A stretch of DNA of 50,932 nt from an uncultured bacterium (GTDB lineage Bacteria; Gemmatimonadota; Gemmatimonadetes; Gemmatimonadales; GWC2-71-9): the NCBI GenBank assembly GCA_965653495.1, contig CBFHAJ010000003.1:1-50932 (forward strand). The letters are read 5' to 3'. The notes beneath the pieces were generated by a model that saw nothing but the letters and a program-made list of their open reading frames with translations, was not told the origin of the DNA and ran no database searches. Both the position numbers and the translations under genes were made by a program. How positions within the stretch are numbered: the stretch's first letter is position 1; every line of letters begins with the position of its first letter. Below, piece after piece: positions 1 to 9,918 of the stretch.

Positions 1-1
1 C

Positions 2-220
2 GTATCATTCGAAGAGACGATGAACTTGTTGAGCGGTGTGCGGTTGGGGGTCGGTCTGAATCTGATCTCCGGGTTAAGTGTATATACGCTCAACAAGCTG
101 CTGATCTTCACCCAGCCGGCGCACCTCGCCGCGCTCGAAGGACGCCAGGTTGGTGACCCCGAGCTGCCGACGGCGCGCGCTACGTATGTCCGTCGGGTGC
201 TCGAGACCGAGGCGGTATGA
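2..220 (+). CDS. mcsB: Protein arginine kinase McsB, C-terminal fragment (5' truncated by window edge)
   Basis: Frame is open from position 2. SFEETMNLLSGVRLGV...LNKLLIFTQPAHL...RATYVR matches the McsB C-terminus, and the gene lies directly upstream of clpC. Confidence 0.85.
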   Translation, partial: VSFEETMNLLSGVRLGVGLNLISGLSVYTLNKLLIFTQPAHLAALEGRQVGDPELPTARATYVRRVLETEAV

Positions 221-233
221 GGCAGGGGGATAG

Positions 234-2714
234 ATGAACGGCTACAACTTCACGGATCGGGTGCGCAAGGTCCTGCAGATGGCGCGGGAAGAGGCCGCGC
301 GGTTGCACCATGAGTACGTGGGGACAGAGCACATCCTGCTCGGGTTGATCCGCGAAGGCGAGGGCGTGGCCGCGGCCGTCCTCACGAACCTGAACGTCGA
401 TCTCGAAGAAATCCAGCAAAAGATCGAGGAGACGGTGAAGAAGGGAAAGGCGGCGGACGCCGCCGGACCCGATCTCCCGTACACCTCGCGCGCCAAGAAG
501 GTGCTCGAGCTCGCGATGAGCGAAGCGCGCGAGCTGAACCACTCCTACGTCGGCACCGAGCACTTGCTGCTCGGCCTGCTGCGCGAAGAAAAAGGAATCG
601 CGGCGCAGGTGCTGACCGACGCTGGCGTGAACCTCGAGCAGGCGCGGGCGGAAACGCTGCGCTTGCTCGGCAGCGAGATGCCGTCTGGGCCGACGCCGTC
701 AGGGTCCGGCGCGCAGCCCGCGAGCCCCAAGAGCGAGAAGAAGTCGAAGACCCCGGCGCTCGACCACTTCTGCCGCGATCTGACCCAGCTCGCGGCCGAA
801 GGCCAGCTCGATCCCACGATCGGGCGGCAGAAGGAAATCGAGCGCGTGATGGAGATCCTGTCGCGCCGCAAGAAGAACAACCCGGTGCTGATCGGCGAGC
901 CCGGCGTCGGCAAGACGGCCATCGTCGAAGGGTTGGCCCAGCTGATCGCGAGCGGCCAGTGCCCCGATGCGCTCAAAGACCATCGGGTGCTGTCGCTCGA
1001 CATGGCGGCCGTGATCGCCGGCACCAAATACCGCGGTCAGTTCGAAGAGCGCCTCAAGGCGATCATCAACGAGATCGCCCAGAACAAGAACATCATCCTG
1101 TTCATCGACGAGCTGCACACGCTGGTGGGCGCCGGCGCCGCGGAGGGCGCCGTCGACGCGTCCAACATGCTCAAGCCCGCGCTGGCGCGCGGCGAGTTGC
1201 AGTGCGTCGGGGCGTCGACGCTCAACGAGTACCGCAAATACATCGAGAAGGACGGCGCGCTGGAGCGCCGCTTCCAGACCGTGATCGTCGATCCGCCCAC
1301 GGTGGACGAGACGATCGAGATCCTCAAAGGTCTGCGCAAGCGCTACGAGGAGCACCACCGGGTGATCATCCCGGACGAGACCCTGGACGCGGCCGCGAAG
1401 CTGTCGGAGCGCTACATCACCGATCGCTTCCTGCCCGACAAGGCGATCGACGTGATCGACGAAGCCGGGGCGCGGGCGCGGCTGGCGACGCAGGTGCCGC
1501 CGCCCGAGGTCGCGGCGCTGAAGGACAAGCTTGAGCACATCAACGGTGACAAGGAGAACGCGGTCCGCGATCAGAACTTCGAGCGGGCGGCCTCGTTGCG
1601 CGACCAGGAGCGCGAGCTCCAGGCCGACATTCGCCGCAAGCAGGAGGCGTGGGAGAAGGAGCGCCAGACGCACCGGCCGACGATCACCGAGGAGGGCGTC
1701 GCGTTCATCGTGTCGCGCTGGACCGGGATTCCGGTCACGCGTCTGCAGGAGGCCGAGACCGCGCGCTTGCTGCGGATGGAAGACGAGATGCACCAGACGG
1801 TGGTGGGCCAGGACGAAGCCATCACGGTCATCTCACGCGCCATCCGGCGCAGCCGGGCGGGGCTCAAGGACCCCAAGCGGCCCATCGGGTCGTTCATCTT
1901 CTCCGGTCCCACGGGGGTCGGCAAGACCGAGCTGGCCCGTGCCCTCGCACGGTTCCTGTTCGCCGATACCAACGCGCTGATCCGCGTCGACATGTCGGAG
2001 TACATGGAGAAGTTCTCGGTGAGCCGCCTGATCGGCGCGCCGCCGGGATACGTCGGCTACGAAGACTCGGGGACCCTCACCAAAGCGGTGCGGCGCAAGC
2101 CGTATTCGGTGGTGCTGCTCGACGAGATCGAGAAGGCGCACCCCGACGTCTTCAACATCCTGCTGCAGGTGCTGGACGAGGGCCACCTCACGGATAACTA
2201 TGGCCGGGTGATCGACTTCAAGAACACCGTGGTCATCATGACGTCCAACGTGGGCGCGCGCGACATGGTGAAGGGCAAGGCGCTGGGCTTCGCGCAGCCC
2301 GACAGCCGGGCGAGCTTCGAGAAAATGGCGGAGAAGGTCAAGGAGGAGATCAACAAGACCTTCAACCCCGAGTTCCTGAACCGGCTGGACGACGTCATCG
2401 TGTTCCACCCGCTCACGCGGGAGCATATCGGGCAGATCGTGGCGATCCTGCTCAAGGAAGTGCAGCGGCGGTTAGGGGAAGAGGAGCTCACGCTCCGCCT
2501 GACGCCCGCGGCCTCGGATTTCCTGGTGGACCACGGCTACGACGAGCATTTCGGCGCGCGGCCGTTGAAGCGCGCCATCCAGAAGTACGTGGAAGATCCG
2601 CTGTCGGAGAAAATCCTGGTCGGCGAGTTCGCGCGGGGCGACGAAATCGAGGTCGACGTGGCTCCGGACAAGGAACGGCTGGCGTTCCGCGCGCTCTCCG
2701 GCTCGAAGGCGTGA
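234..2714 (+). CDS. clpC: ATP-dependent Clp protease ATP-binding subunit ClpC
   Basis: Two Clp-N repeats (YVGTEH(I/L)LLGL), Walker A motifs GEPGVGKT and [11 protein letters not shown] coiled coil, and an LGF ClpP-docking loop. Confidence 0.96.
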   Translation: MNGYNFTDRVRKVLQMAREEAARLHHEYVGTEHILLGLIREGEGVAAAVLTNLNVDLEEIQQKIEETVKKGKAADAAGPDLPYTSRAKKVLELAMSEARELNHSYVGTEHLLLGLLREEKGIAAQVLTDAGVNLEQARAETLRLLGSEMPSGPTPSGSGAQPASPKSEKKSKTPALDHFCRDLTQLAAEGQLDPTIGRQKEIERVMEILSRRKKNNPVLIGEPGVGKTAIVEGLAQLIASGQCPDALKDHRVLSLDMAAVIAGTKYRGQFEERLKAIINEIAQNKNIILFIDELHTLVGAGAAEGAVDASNMLKPALARGELQCVGASTLNEYRKYIEKDGALERRFQTVIVDPPTVDETIEILKGLRKRYEEHHRVIIPDETLDAAAKLSERYITDRFLPDKAIDVIDEAGARARLATQVPPPEVAALKDKLEHINGDKENAVRDQNFERAASLRDQERELQADIRRKQEAWEKERQTHRPTITEEGVAFIVSRWTGIPVTRLQEAETARLLRMEDEMHQTVVGQDEAITVISRAIRRSRAGLKDPKRPIGSFIFSGPTGVGKTELARALARFLFADTNALIRVDMSEYMEKFSVSRLIGAPPGYVGYEDSGTLTKAVRRKPYSVVLLDEIEKAHPDVFNILLQVLDEGHLTDNYGRVIDFKNTVVIMTSNVGARDMVKGKALGFAQPDSRASFEKMAEKVKEEINKTFNPEFLNRLDDVIVFHPLTREHIGQIVAILLKEVQRRLGEEELTLRLTPAASDFLVDHGYDEHFGARPLKRAIQKYVEDPLSEKILVGEFARGDEIEVDVAPDKERLAFRALSGSKA

Positions 2715-5110
2715 TCCGCCAGACTTCGCTCGTCATCTCGCTGGCTGCAGTCGTGGTCCTCGCCCCGCGCGCCGCGTGCGCGCAGGGCGAGGCGGCGCAG
2801 GCGCCCACCGTCGCCCCCGACTCCATCGTCGTGCTCGGTCTGCGTCGCCTCGACCGCAAGCAGCTCATCGATCAGCTCGGCATCGCCCCCGGCCAGCCGC
2901 TCGGCTACCGCGACGTGCAGCGCGCCATCCAGGCGCTCTACGCCAGCGGGCAATACGACGACGTACGCGTAGACCAGGATACCGCCGGCGGCCGCCAGCT
3001 GCTCGTCGTGCACGTGCGGGAACGGCCCCTGCTCGTGCGCTGGGCCGTGCGGGGCGTCGCGAAGCTCTCGGAGGGGAGCGTGCGCGACAAGGCACAACTC
3101 AACGAGGGCCGCGCGCTCGACCCGGCCGCCGTGACGCGCGCGCGCGGCCGCATCGACTCGCTGTACCACGCCCAGGGGTACTACCTGGCCCGCGTCAATG
3201 TGGTCAAGGTGTACGAAGCAGACTCCACGCGCGTGCGCGTCGTGTTCGACGTGGACGAGGGACGCCGCGTCGCGGTTGCCCGCGTGCAGGTCGAGGGGAA
3301 CAGTCACTTCTCCGACGATGCGGTGGTGGGAGCGATGAAGACGCGCCCCGAGGGCTTCTGGTGGTTCCGCTCCGGCGAATTCGACGACGAAAAGCTGCGC
3401 AGCGATCTCCAGGAGCGACTCCCCAAGCTGTATGGGGACCGGGGGTTCGTCGACTTCCAGGTGCTGGACGACACCCTCATCGTGGACGACACCACTGGGA
3501 AGGCCACGCTCCTCGTGAAGGTGAGTGAGGGTGAGCCGTACCGCGTGGGCACGTTCGAGATCGTCGGGAACCGCCGCTTCTCGAGCGACGAGCTGCAGCA
3601 GCTGTATCCCTTCAAGGGCGAGAACCGGAGCGGCTTCCTGGGGTTGGGCGGCATGCAGCATGGTCCGGTCTATTTCGATCAGGAGCGGTGGAACGCCGCC
3701 ACCCAGAATCTGCAGACGTTGTATTACAACAACGGCTACATCTACGTGAACGTGCAGCCCCAGGTGATCCGCCGCACCGGGCCCGACGGGAAACCGGTCG
3801 TCGATTTGCGGTGGGCCATCAACGAGGGCCAACCGGCGATCGTCAACAAGATCGAGATAGCGGGGAACGACGTCACCCACGAGCGCGTGATCCGCGACGC
3901 GATCGTGCTCCTCCCCGGCGACGTATTCCGCCAGGACGCGCTCATCCGCTCGTACCAGAACATCTCGAACCTCGGCTTCTTCCAGCAGCCGTTGCCGTTC
4001 CCGGACACCCGCCCCGCCAACGATCAGGGCGACGTGGACGTGATCTTCCGCGTCACCGAGAAGCACACGGGCAACATCAACTTCGGCGCGTCAGTGGGGC
4101 AGGGCACGGGGGTGGGCGGCTTCCTTGGCCTCGACGAGCCAAACCTGTTCGGCCAGGGCAAGAAGGGCCACTTCCAGTGGCAGTTCGGCCAGAACATCAG
4201 CGACTTCCAGGTGAGCTACACCGATCCGGCGATCCGCGAAACGCGCATCTCGGGCACGTTCGACGTGCACAACACGCGGCTGCGCTACACCATCGCCGAC
4301 CTGGGCACGCTGAAGCGCGAGGGCGCGAGCGTGCAGTTCGGGTTCCCCCTGTTTGGCGACCGCTACACCCGGCTGTTCGTGTCGTACGGCATCGACGACC
4401 AGACGTTCACCGGCGCGAGCACCGCCCTGGCGGCGCTGCGTTGCAACAACTGCATCCGCTCCACGCTGGGAGTGTCGCTGCTGCGCGATACCCGGATCGA
4501 TCTGCCATTCCCGACCGCCGGCACGATGCACTCGATCGGGCTCTCCCAGTCGGGCGGCCCGCTCGGCGGCTCGGGCAATTTCCAGCGCCTCGACCTCGAG
4601 GGCCGCTGGTACGCGCCTCTGGGCCAGGCAGGCAGCGCCATGTCGCCGATCCGGTTCGTGATGGGGCTCTCCACCCGTTCCGGATTGGTGTTTGGCCCGT
4701 CGCCCTTCTTTGACCAGCTGTTCACCATGGGGGGCGTGCAGTACGGCATCCCGCTGCGCGGCTACGACGAGTTCTCGATCACCCCCCACGGCTACGACCC
4801 CACCGCGGTGAACGGCCAGGCCACGGCGGGCTCCTTCGGGAAGGCCTATCTCGCCATGACCGGTGAGATCGGCGCGCGCCTGTCGCAGATGTTCTACGTC
4901 AACGCCTTCGTGGACGCGGGCAACGTCTGGGCCAACGCCGGCGAGTTCGATCCCACGCGGTTGTTCCGCGGCGCCGGCCTGGGCGTGAGCATCATCTCAC
5001 CCCTCGGACCGATCGGCATCGATTGGGCCTACGGCTTCGATCGCACCGACGCGCTCGGCCACCCGGCGCCGGGCTTCAAGCTGCACTTCAAGCTGGGCAA
5101 CTTCTTCTGA
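2711..5110 (+). CDS. bamA: Outer membrane protein assembly factor BamA
   Basis: Signal peptide, POTRA repeats, EPNLFGQG, LRGY loop motif, SPLGPIGIDWAYG and terminal Phe. GTG start overlaps the clpC stop. Confidence 0.95.
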   Translation: MIRQTSLVISLAAVVVLAPRAACAQGEAAQAPTVAPDSIVVLGLRRLDRKQLIDQLGIAPGQPLGYRDVQRAIQALYASGQYDDVRVDQDTAGGRQLLVVHVRERPLLVRWAVRGVAKLSEGSVRDKAQLNEGRALDPAAVTRARGRIDSLYHAQGYYLARVNVVKVYEADSTRVRVVFDVDEGRRVAVARVQVEGNSHFSDDAVVGAMKTRPEGFWWFRSGEFDDEKLRSDLQERLPKLYGDRGFVDFQVLDDTLIVDDTTGKATLLVKVSEGEPYRVGTFEIVGNRRFSSDELQQLYPFKGENRSGFLGLGGMQHGPVYFDQERWNAATQNLQTLYYNNGYIYVNVQPQVIRRTGPDGKPVVDLRWAINEGQPAIVNKIEIAGNDVTHERVIRDAIVLLPGDVFRQDALIRSYQNISNLGFFQQPLPFPDTRPANDQGDVDVIFRVTEKHTGNINFGASVGQGTGVGGFLGLDEPNLFGQGKKGHFQWQFGQNISDFQVSYTDPAIRETRISGTFDVHNTRLRYTIADLGTLKREGASVQFGFPLFGDRYTRLFVSYGIDDQTFTGASTALAALRCNNCIRSTLGVSLLRDTRIDLPFPTAGTMHSIGLSQSGGPLGGSGNFQRLDLEGRWYAPLGQAGSAMSPIRFVMGLSTRSGLVFGPSPFFDQLFTMGGVQYGIPLRGYDEFSITPHGYDPTAVNGQATAGSFGKAYLAMTGEIGARLSQMFYVNAFVDAGNVWANAGEFDPTRLFRGAGLGVSIISPLGPIGIDWAYGFDRTDALGHPAPGFKLHFKLGNFF

Positions 5111-5174
5111 TCGGCGCCGCCCAATCGTGCGGAGGCGGCGGGACCGGTTTCTTATCTCTCTCGAGGAGACAGCC

Positions 5175-5711
5175 ATGAGGTGTGTGGTGACAGCGTGGAC
5201 CTGGGTCGGGTTGGCCATCGCCGCGCCGGCCGTGGTCGGGGCGCAGGCGCAGGGCTCGCTCAAGATCGCCTTCGTCCACTCCCAGACGATCCTCGAGCAG
5301 ACGCCCGGATACGCCACGGCAGAATCGACCCTCACCAAGGAAGGTCAGGGTATTCGCGACACGTTGCAGCGCATGCAACAGCAGTGGGATTCCGCGATGC
5401 GGGCCTTCGATCAGCAGTCGCTCGCCCTCTCGCAGGCAGCGAAACAGGCGAAGCAGCGTGACCTGCAGGCGATGCAGCAGCGGCTGCAGCAGCACCAGAA
5501 CGACCTGCAGACGCGCTACCAGCAACGCGAGCAGGAGCTGCTCCAGCCGATCCAGGCCCGGGTCATCGGCATCGTCCAGGGCATACGCGCCGAAATGAAC
5601 TACGCGCTCATCTTCGACATGGACGGCCAGAACAGCAGCGTGTTCCTGGCCGTCGACCCGAGCCTCGATGTCACCTCGAAGGTGATCGACCGGCTGAAGG
5701 CGTCCAAGTAG
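5175..5711 (+). CDS. skp: OmpH/Skp periplasmic chaperone
   Basis: ATG 5175 follows a GAGGAG Shine-Dalgarno. Signal peptide, KIAFVH strand, Gln-rich coiled coil and DVTSKVI end; lies between bamA and lpxD. Confidence 0.9.
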   Translation: MRCVVTAWTWVGLAIAAPAVVGAQAQGSLKIAFVHSQTILEQTPGYATAESTLTKEGQGIRDTLQRMQQQWDSAMRAFDQQSLALSQAAKQAKQRDLQAMQQRLQQHQNDLQTRYQQREQELLQPIQARVIGIVQGIRAEMNYALIFDMDGQNSSVFLAVDPSLDVTSKVIDRLKASK

Positions 5712-5725
5712 GACTCTGCCCGCCC

Positions 5726-6823
5726 GTGCGCGACCGGCTGCTGTCGCTGGGCGACGGGGAAGGGGGCGGCGCGGCCGCGGCGCGACGCCTGAGCGCGGGC
5801 GACATCGCGGCGCTGACCAACGGACAGCTGGTCGGACCAGCGGACGTTACCGTGTCCGGCGTCGCGCCGCTCGATCGCGCCGGGCCGGGCGATCTGTCGT
5901 TTCTTGCCGCTCGTCGCTATCTCCAGTATTTTCAACAGTCTAGCGCGGCCGTCGTGCTCTGCAAGCCGGAGCTGGTTCAGGAGGCGCCAGCGGGAGGTCC
6001 GGCGTGCCGGGTACTGGTGCGCGATCCGCACGTCGCGCTGCTCTCGGTCATTCCCGTCCTCTATCCCGAGCCGCCCTGGCAGCCCGGGGTCCACCGGACG
6101 GCGGTGGTGGGGACCGGCAGCGTGTGGCAGGAGCCGGTGGCGATCGGCCCGTACGCCGTGCTGGGGCGGGGAGTCCGGCTCGGTCGCAACGTGCGCATCG
6201 GGGCGGCGTGCGTGCTGGGTGACGGCGTCGAGTTGGGCGACGACGTGCAGCTGCTCCCCCACGTGGTGTGCTACAGCGGCACGATCGTCGGGAATCGGGT
6301 GATCCTCCATGCCGGCGTGCGGCTCGGGGCCGACGGCTTCGGCTACGTGCCGGGCAAGAGCGGCGAGCTGCCGCGCAAGGTTCCCCAGGTGGGCCGTTGC
6401 ATCATCGGCGACGACGTGGAGGTCGGGGCGAACACGACGATCGACCGCGGCAGCGTGGACGACACCGTGGTCGGTCCGGGAACGAAGATCGACAACCTGG
6501 TGCAGATCGGTCACAACTGCCGCATCGGCGCGCGCTGCCTGATCGCGGGCCAGGCGGGAATTGCCGGCAGCACGCGCGTCGAGGACGACGTGTTCCTGGC
6601 GGGTCAGGCGGGGCTGGCCGACCACGTGACGATCGGCCGCGGGGCGCGGGTGACCGTGCAGGGGGGCGTGATCGGCGACATCGAGGCCGGGGCCACGGTG
6701 TCGGGATACCCGGCGCGCCAGCACCGCGAGTTCTTGCGGGCCCAGGGCGCCCTGTACCGGCTGGCCCACATCGTAGACGACCTCGAGGCCCTCGTACGGC
6801 GAGGCAATGACGCCCAGCGCTAG
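5726..6823 (+). CDS. lpxD: UDP-3-O-acylglucosamine N-acyltransferase LpxD
   Basis: Hexapeptide repeats with GADGFGY, GANTTIDRG and KIDNLVQIGHN. Confidence 0.95.
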   Translation: MRDRLLSLGDGEGGGAAAARRLSAGDIAALTNGQLVGPADVTVSGVAPLDRAGPGDLSFLAARRYLQYFQQSSAAVVLCKPELVQEAPAGGPACRVLVRDPHVALLSVIPVLYPEPPWQPGVHRTAVVGTGSVWQEPVAIGPYAVLGRGVRLGRNVRIGAACVLGDGVELGDDVQLLPHVVCYSGTIVGNRVILHAGVRLGADGFGYVPGKSGELPRKVPQVGRCIIGDDVEVGANTTIDRGSVDDTVVGPGTKIDNLVQIGHNCRIGARCLIAGQAGIAGSTRVEDDVFLAGQAGLADHVTIGRGARVTVQGGVIGDIEAGATVSGYPARQHREFLRAQGALYRLAHIVDDLEALVRRGNDAQR

Positions 6824-8096
6824 GCGCAGCATCAAACAGAAGGCAGCCGTCTCGGGCACCGGGCTCCACACCGGCGCGCGGACCGAGGCGACGTTCCTGC
6901 CCGCGCCCGCCGGGCAGGGGATCGTGTTCCGGCGGGTCGATCTCGCCGGCACGCCTGAGGTCGCGGCGCGGCTGTCGGAAGTCGAGGCGGTGGAGCGGCG
7001 CACGGCGATCGGCAAGGGCGCGAGCACGATTCACACAGTGGAGCACGTGCTGGCGGCGGTGGCGGCCCATGAGATCGACGACGTCACCGTCGAGCTCTCG
7101 GGTCCCGAGCCGCCGATCCTGGACGGCAGCTTCGAGCCGTACTTCGAGGCCCTCGCCAAGGCGGGCCCCACCGAGACGAGCGGCGAGCCGGTGATTCTGA
7201 CCGTGCCCGCGCCGTTCACGGTGACGGAGGGGGACTCGAGCTACGTGGTGGCGCCCGCCCGGGAACTCCGGCTCACGGTCACCATCGAGTGGCCGCACCC
7301 GCTCATCGGACGGCAATCGGGGAGCTTCACGGTTTCGCCGCAGACCTTCGCCGCCGAGCTCGCGCGGGCCCGCACCTTCGGGTTTGCGAGCGAGATCGAG
7401 GGGCTCAAGGCCAAGGGACTGATCAAGGGCGCGTCGGCGACGAACGCCATCCTGCTGGACGAGCGGGGACTCGCGAACGGCGCGCAACTGCGCTGGCCCG
7501 ACGAGTTCCTGCGCCACAAGGCGGCGGACATCGTGGGCGACCTGGCGCTCACCGGCGCACGCATCCGCGCGCATGTGGTCGCGGAGCGGCCGAGCCACAG
7601 CGGCAACATCGCGCTGGCGCGCGCGCTGGCGCGGGCAGCGCGGCGCGCCGGCGCGCCCAAGATGGACATCGGGCGTATCATGGACGTGCTGCCGCACCGC
7701 TATCCCTTCCTGCTCGTGGACCGGATCATCGAGATCGAGGGCCAGCAGCGCATCGTCGGCATCAAGAACGTCACGATCAACGAGCCGTTCTTCCAGGGAC
7801 ACTTTCCCGGCCACCCGATCATGCCGGGGGTGCTCATCATCGAGGCGATGGCGCAGGTGGGCGGAATGCTGCTGATGGGGTACTTCGAAGGGCAGAACGT
7901 CGAGGACAAGGTGGTCTACTTCATGTCGCTCGACAACGTCAAGTTCCGCCGTCCCGTGGTGCCAGGCGACCAGATCCGGTTCGAGCTCGAGATGCTCCAG
8001 TTCCGCGGCAGGACGTGCAAAATGAAGGGCGTCGGGTACGTGGATGGGCAGGTGGTGGCGGAGGCGGAGATGATGGCCACGGTAGTGGACCGGTGA
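6807..8096 (+). CDS. lpxC: Bifunctional LpxC deacetylase / FabZ dehydratase
   Basis: [21 protein letters not shown] and [11 protein letters not shown] (LpxC) fused to [11 protein letters not shown] and [23 protein letters not shown] (FabZ). Confidence 0.95.
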   Translation: MTPSARRSIKQKAAVSGTGLHTGARTEATFLPAPAGQGIVFRRVDLAGTPEVAARLSEVEAVERRTAIGKGASTIHTVEHVLAAVAAHEIDDVTVELSGPEPPILDGSFEPYFEALAKAGPTETSGEPVILTVPAPFTVTEGDSSYVVAPARELRLTVTIEWPHPLIGRQSGSFTVSPQTFAAELARARTFGFASEIEGLKAKGLIKGASATNAILLDERGLANGAQLRWPDEFLRHKAADIVGDLALTGARIRAHVVAERPSHSGNIALARALARAARRAGAPKMDIGRIMDVLPHRYPFLLVDRIIEIEGQQRIVGIKNVTINEPFFQGHFPGHPIMPGVLIIEAMAQVGGMLLMGYFEGQNVEDKVVYFMSLDNVKFRRPVVPGDQIRFELEMLQFRGRTCKMKGVGYVDGQVVAEAEMMATVVDR

Positions 8097-8860
8097 TTCA
8101 CCGGACCGCCCTCGTCGACCCCACAGCCCAGACCGGGAGCGACGTTACGGTTGGTCCGTACGCCATCATCGGACCGCACGTCACCGTCGGCGAGCGCTGT
8201 CACATCGCCGCCCACGCCGTGCTGGAGCGCAACGTCAAGCTCGGGACCGGGATCAAGATCGGCTACGGCAGCGTGCTGGGCAACGATCCGCAGGATCTCA
8301 AGTACAAGGGCGAGGACACCTGGGTCGAGGTGGGCGACGGTACCGTGATCCGGGAGTACTGCACCATCAATCGCGGCACGACGGCGACGGGCAAGACGTC
8401 GGTGGGGCAGCGCTGCTTCCTCATGTCCTACGTGCACCTGGCCCACGATTGCCACATCGGGAACGACGTGATCATCGCCAACGCCGTCCAAATGGCGGGG
8501 CACGTCACGATCGAAGACCGGGCGATCGTTTCCGGGCTCGTGCCGATCCACCAGTTCGTGCGCATCGGTACGTTTTCGTTCGTGGGGGGCGGCTCGCGCG
8601 TCAACCAGGACGTTCCGCCGTACACCAAGGCCGTCGGCAACCCGGTGCATCTGTACGGCCTCAATTCCGTCGGGCTGCAGCGGGCGCGCTTCTCGCCCGA
8701 GGTCAAGCTCGCTTTGAAGCGCGCCTATCGCCTGCTGTTCAACTCCGACATGACGGTGAGCCAGGGGATCGCCAAGGCGCGCGCCGAGCTGCCGCCGATC
8801 CCCGAGGTGGAGAACTTCCTCAAGTTCATCGAGGGGTCGCAGCGCGGAGTGCTGGTGTGA
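8093..8860 (+). CDS. lpxA: Acyl-ACP--UDP-N-acetylglucosamine acyltransferase LpxA
   Basis: GTG 8093 overlaps the upstream stop. IHRTALVD start, PQDLKYKGE, IREYCTINRGT, HLAHDC, IHQFVRIG and GLNSVGL. Confidence 0.95.
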   Translation: MIHRTALVDPTAQTGSDVTVGPYAIIGPHVTVGERCHIAAHAVLERNVKLGTGIKIGYGSVLGNDPQDLKYKGEDTWVEVGDGTVIREYCTINRGTTATGKTSVGQRCFLMSYVHLAHDCHIGNDVIIANAVQMAGHVTIEDRAIVSGLVPIHQFVRIGTFSFVGGGSRVNQDVPPYTKAVGNPVHLYGLNSVGLQRARFSPEVKLALKRAYRLLFNSDMTVSQGIAKARAELPPIPEVENFLKFIEGSQRGVLV

Positions 8861-9918
8861 GAGGGGGGAGGGGGGGGGGACGCGGTCGCGAGCTGCGGGT
8901 CGGCGTGATCGGCACCGGGGCGCTGGGGTTCCACCACGCGCGGCTGCTGCGCAGCGCGGCGGGTGTCGAGTTCGCGGGGATCTACGACAAGAATCCGGCG
9001 CGCGCGGCCGAGGTCGCGAAGCAGCTCGGCGTCACCGCGCACGAGAGCCTCGCCGCCTTGTCGGACTGCGTGGACGCCGTGACGGTGGCCGTTCCGACGC
9101 CCGCCCACGCTGAGGTGGGCTGTCAGGTGCTGGAGCGCGGCATCGCCGTGCTGATGGAAAAGCCGCTCGCCGACACGCTCGCTGGCGCCGACGAGCTGGT
9201 GCGGCGGGCCGCGGAGCGGGGCGTCGTGCTGCAGGTGGGTCACGTGGAGCGCTTCAACCGCGCCGTGCGGGCCGCCTGGCCGTACCTGCACGAGCCGCGC
9301 TTCCTGCAGATCGACCGCCTGGCGCCGTTCCAGCCGCGCGGCACCGACGTCGCCGTCATTCTCGACTTGATGATCCACGATCTGGATCTGGTGCTCGAGC
9401 TGGTCGGTGCGCCGGTGACCGACGTGCGGGCGACCGGCGTGGCGCTGCTCACGCCGCACGTGGACATCGCCAACGCGCGCCTCGAGTTCACCAATGGCGC
9501 CATCGCCAACGTCACGGCGAGCCGGGTGTCGCGCGAGCGCACCCGCAAGCTGCGCATCTTCCAGCCCACCGGATACTGCTCGCTCGACTTGGCGCAGGGG
9601 AGTGGTGATTTCTTCCGGCTGAAGCCGGGGTGGCAGGGACAGGGCGCGACCACCCTCGAGCAGATCGTGGAGCACGTGCGCCTCGAAGCGCCCGAGGCCG
9701 AGCCGCTGCGGCTCGAGCTCGAGAGCTTCATCCGCGCCGTGCGTGGCGAGGAGGAGGTCGTCGTGTCGGGAGCGGCGGGCGCGCAGGCGCTGGCGCTGGC
9801 GCTGCGCGTCGCCGCCGCCGTCAACGCGTCGCCACTCGCTGCGTTGACCTCCGCGCGCTCGCCCTCCCCTCACGACCCCTCCCCCCCGCCGGTCGCGCTC
9901 ACCGCCACGCGGCCGTGA
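8857..9918 (+). CDS. Gfo/Idh/MocA oxidoreductase, GnnA-like (UDP-GlcNAc 3-dehydrogenase candidate)
   Basis: GVIGTGALG Rossmann motif, EKP, QVGHVERFN and DLMIHDLD. Located between lpxA and lpxB with GTGA coupling at both ends. Confidence 0.8.
   Translation: MRGGRGGGRGRELRVGVIGTGALGFHHARLLRSAAGVEFAGIYDKNPARAAEVAKQLGVTAHESLAALSDCVDAVTVAVPTPAHAEVGCQVLERGIAVLMEKPLADTLAGADELVRRAAERGVVLQVGHVERFNRAVRAAWPYLHEPRFLQIDRLAPFQPRGTDVAVILDLMIHDLDLVLELVGAPVTDVRATGVALLTPHVDIANARLEFTNGAIANVTASRVSRERTRKLRIFQPTGYCSLDLAQGSGDFFRLKPGWQGQGATTLEQIVEHVRLEAPEAEPLRLELESFIRAVRGEEEVVVSGAAGAQALALALRVAAAVNASPLAALTSARSPSPHDPSPPPVALTATRP

Noticed and set aside
6807-8096. LpxC-FabZ fusion as a novelty
   Set aside because: This is a known architecture in Bacteroidota, Chlorobi and related lineages.
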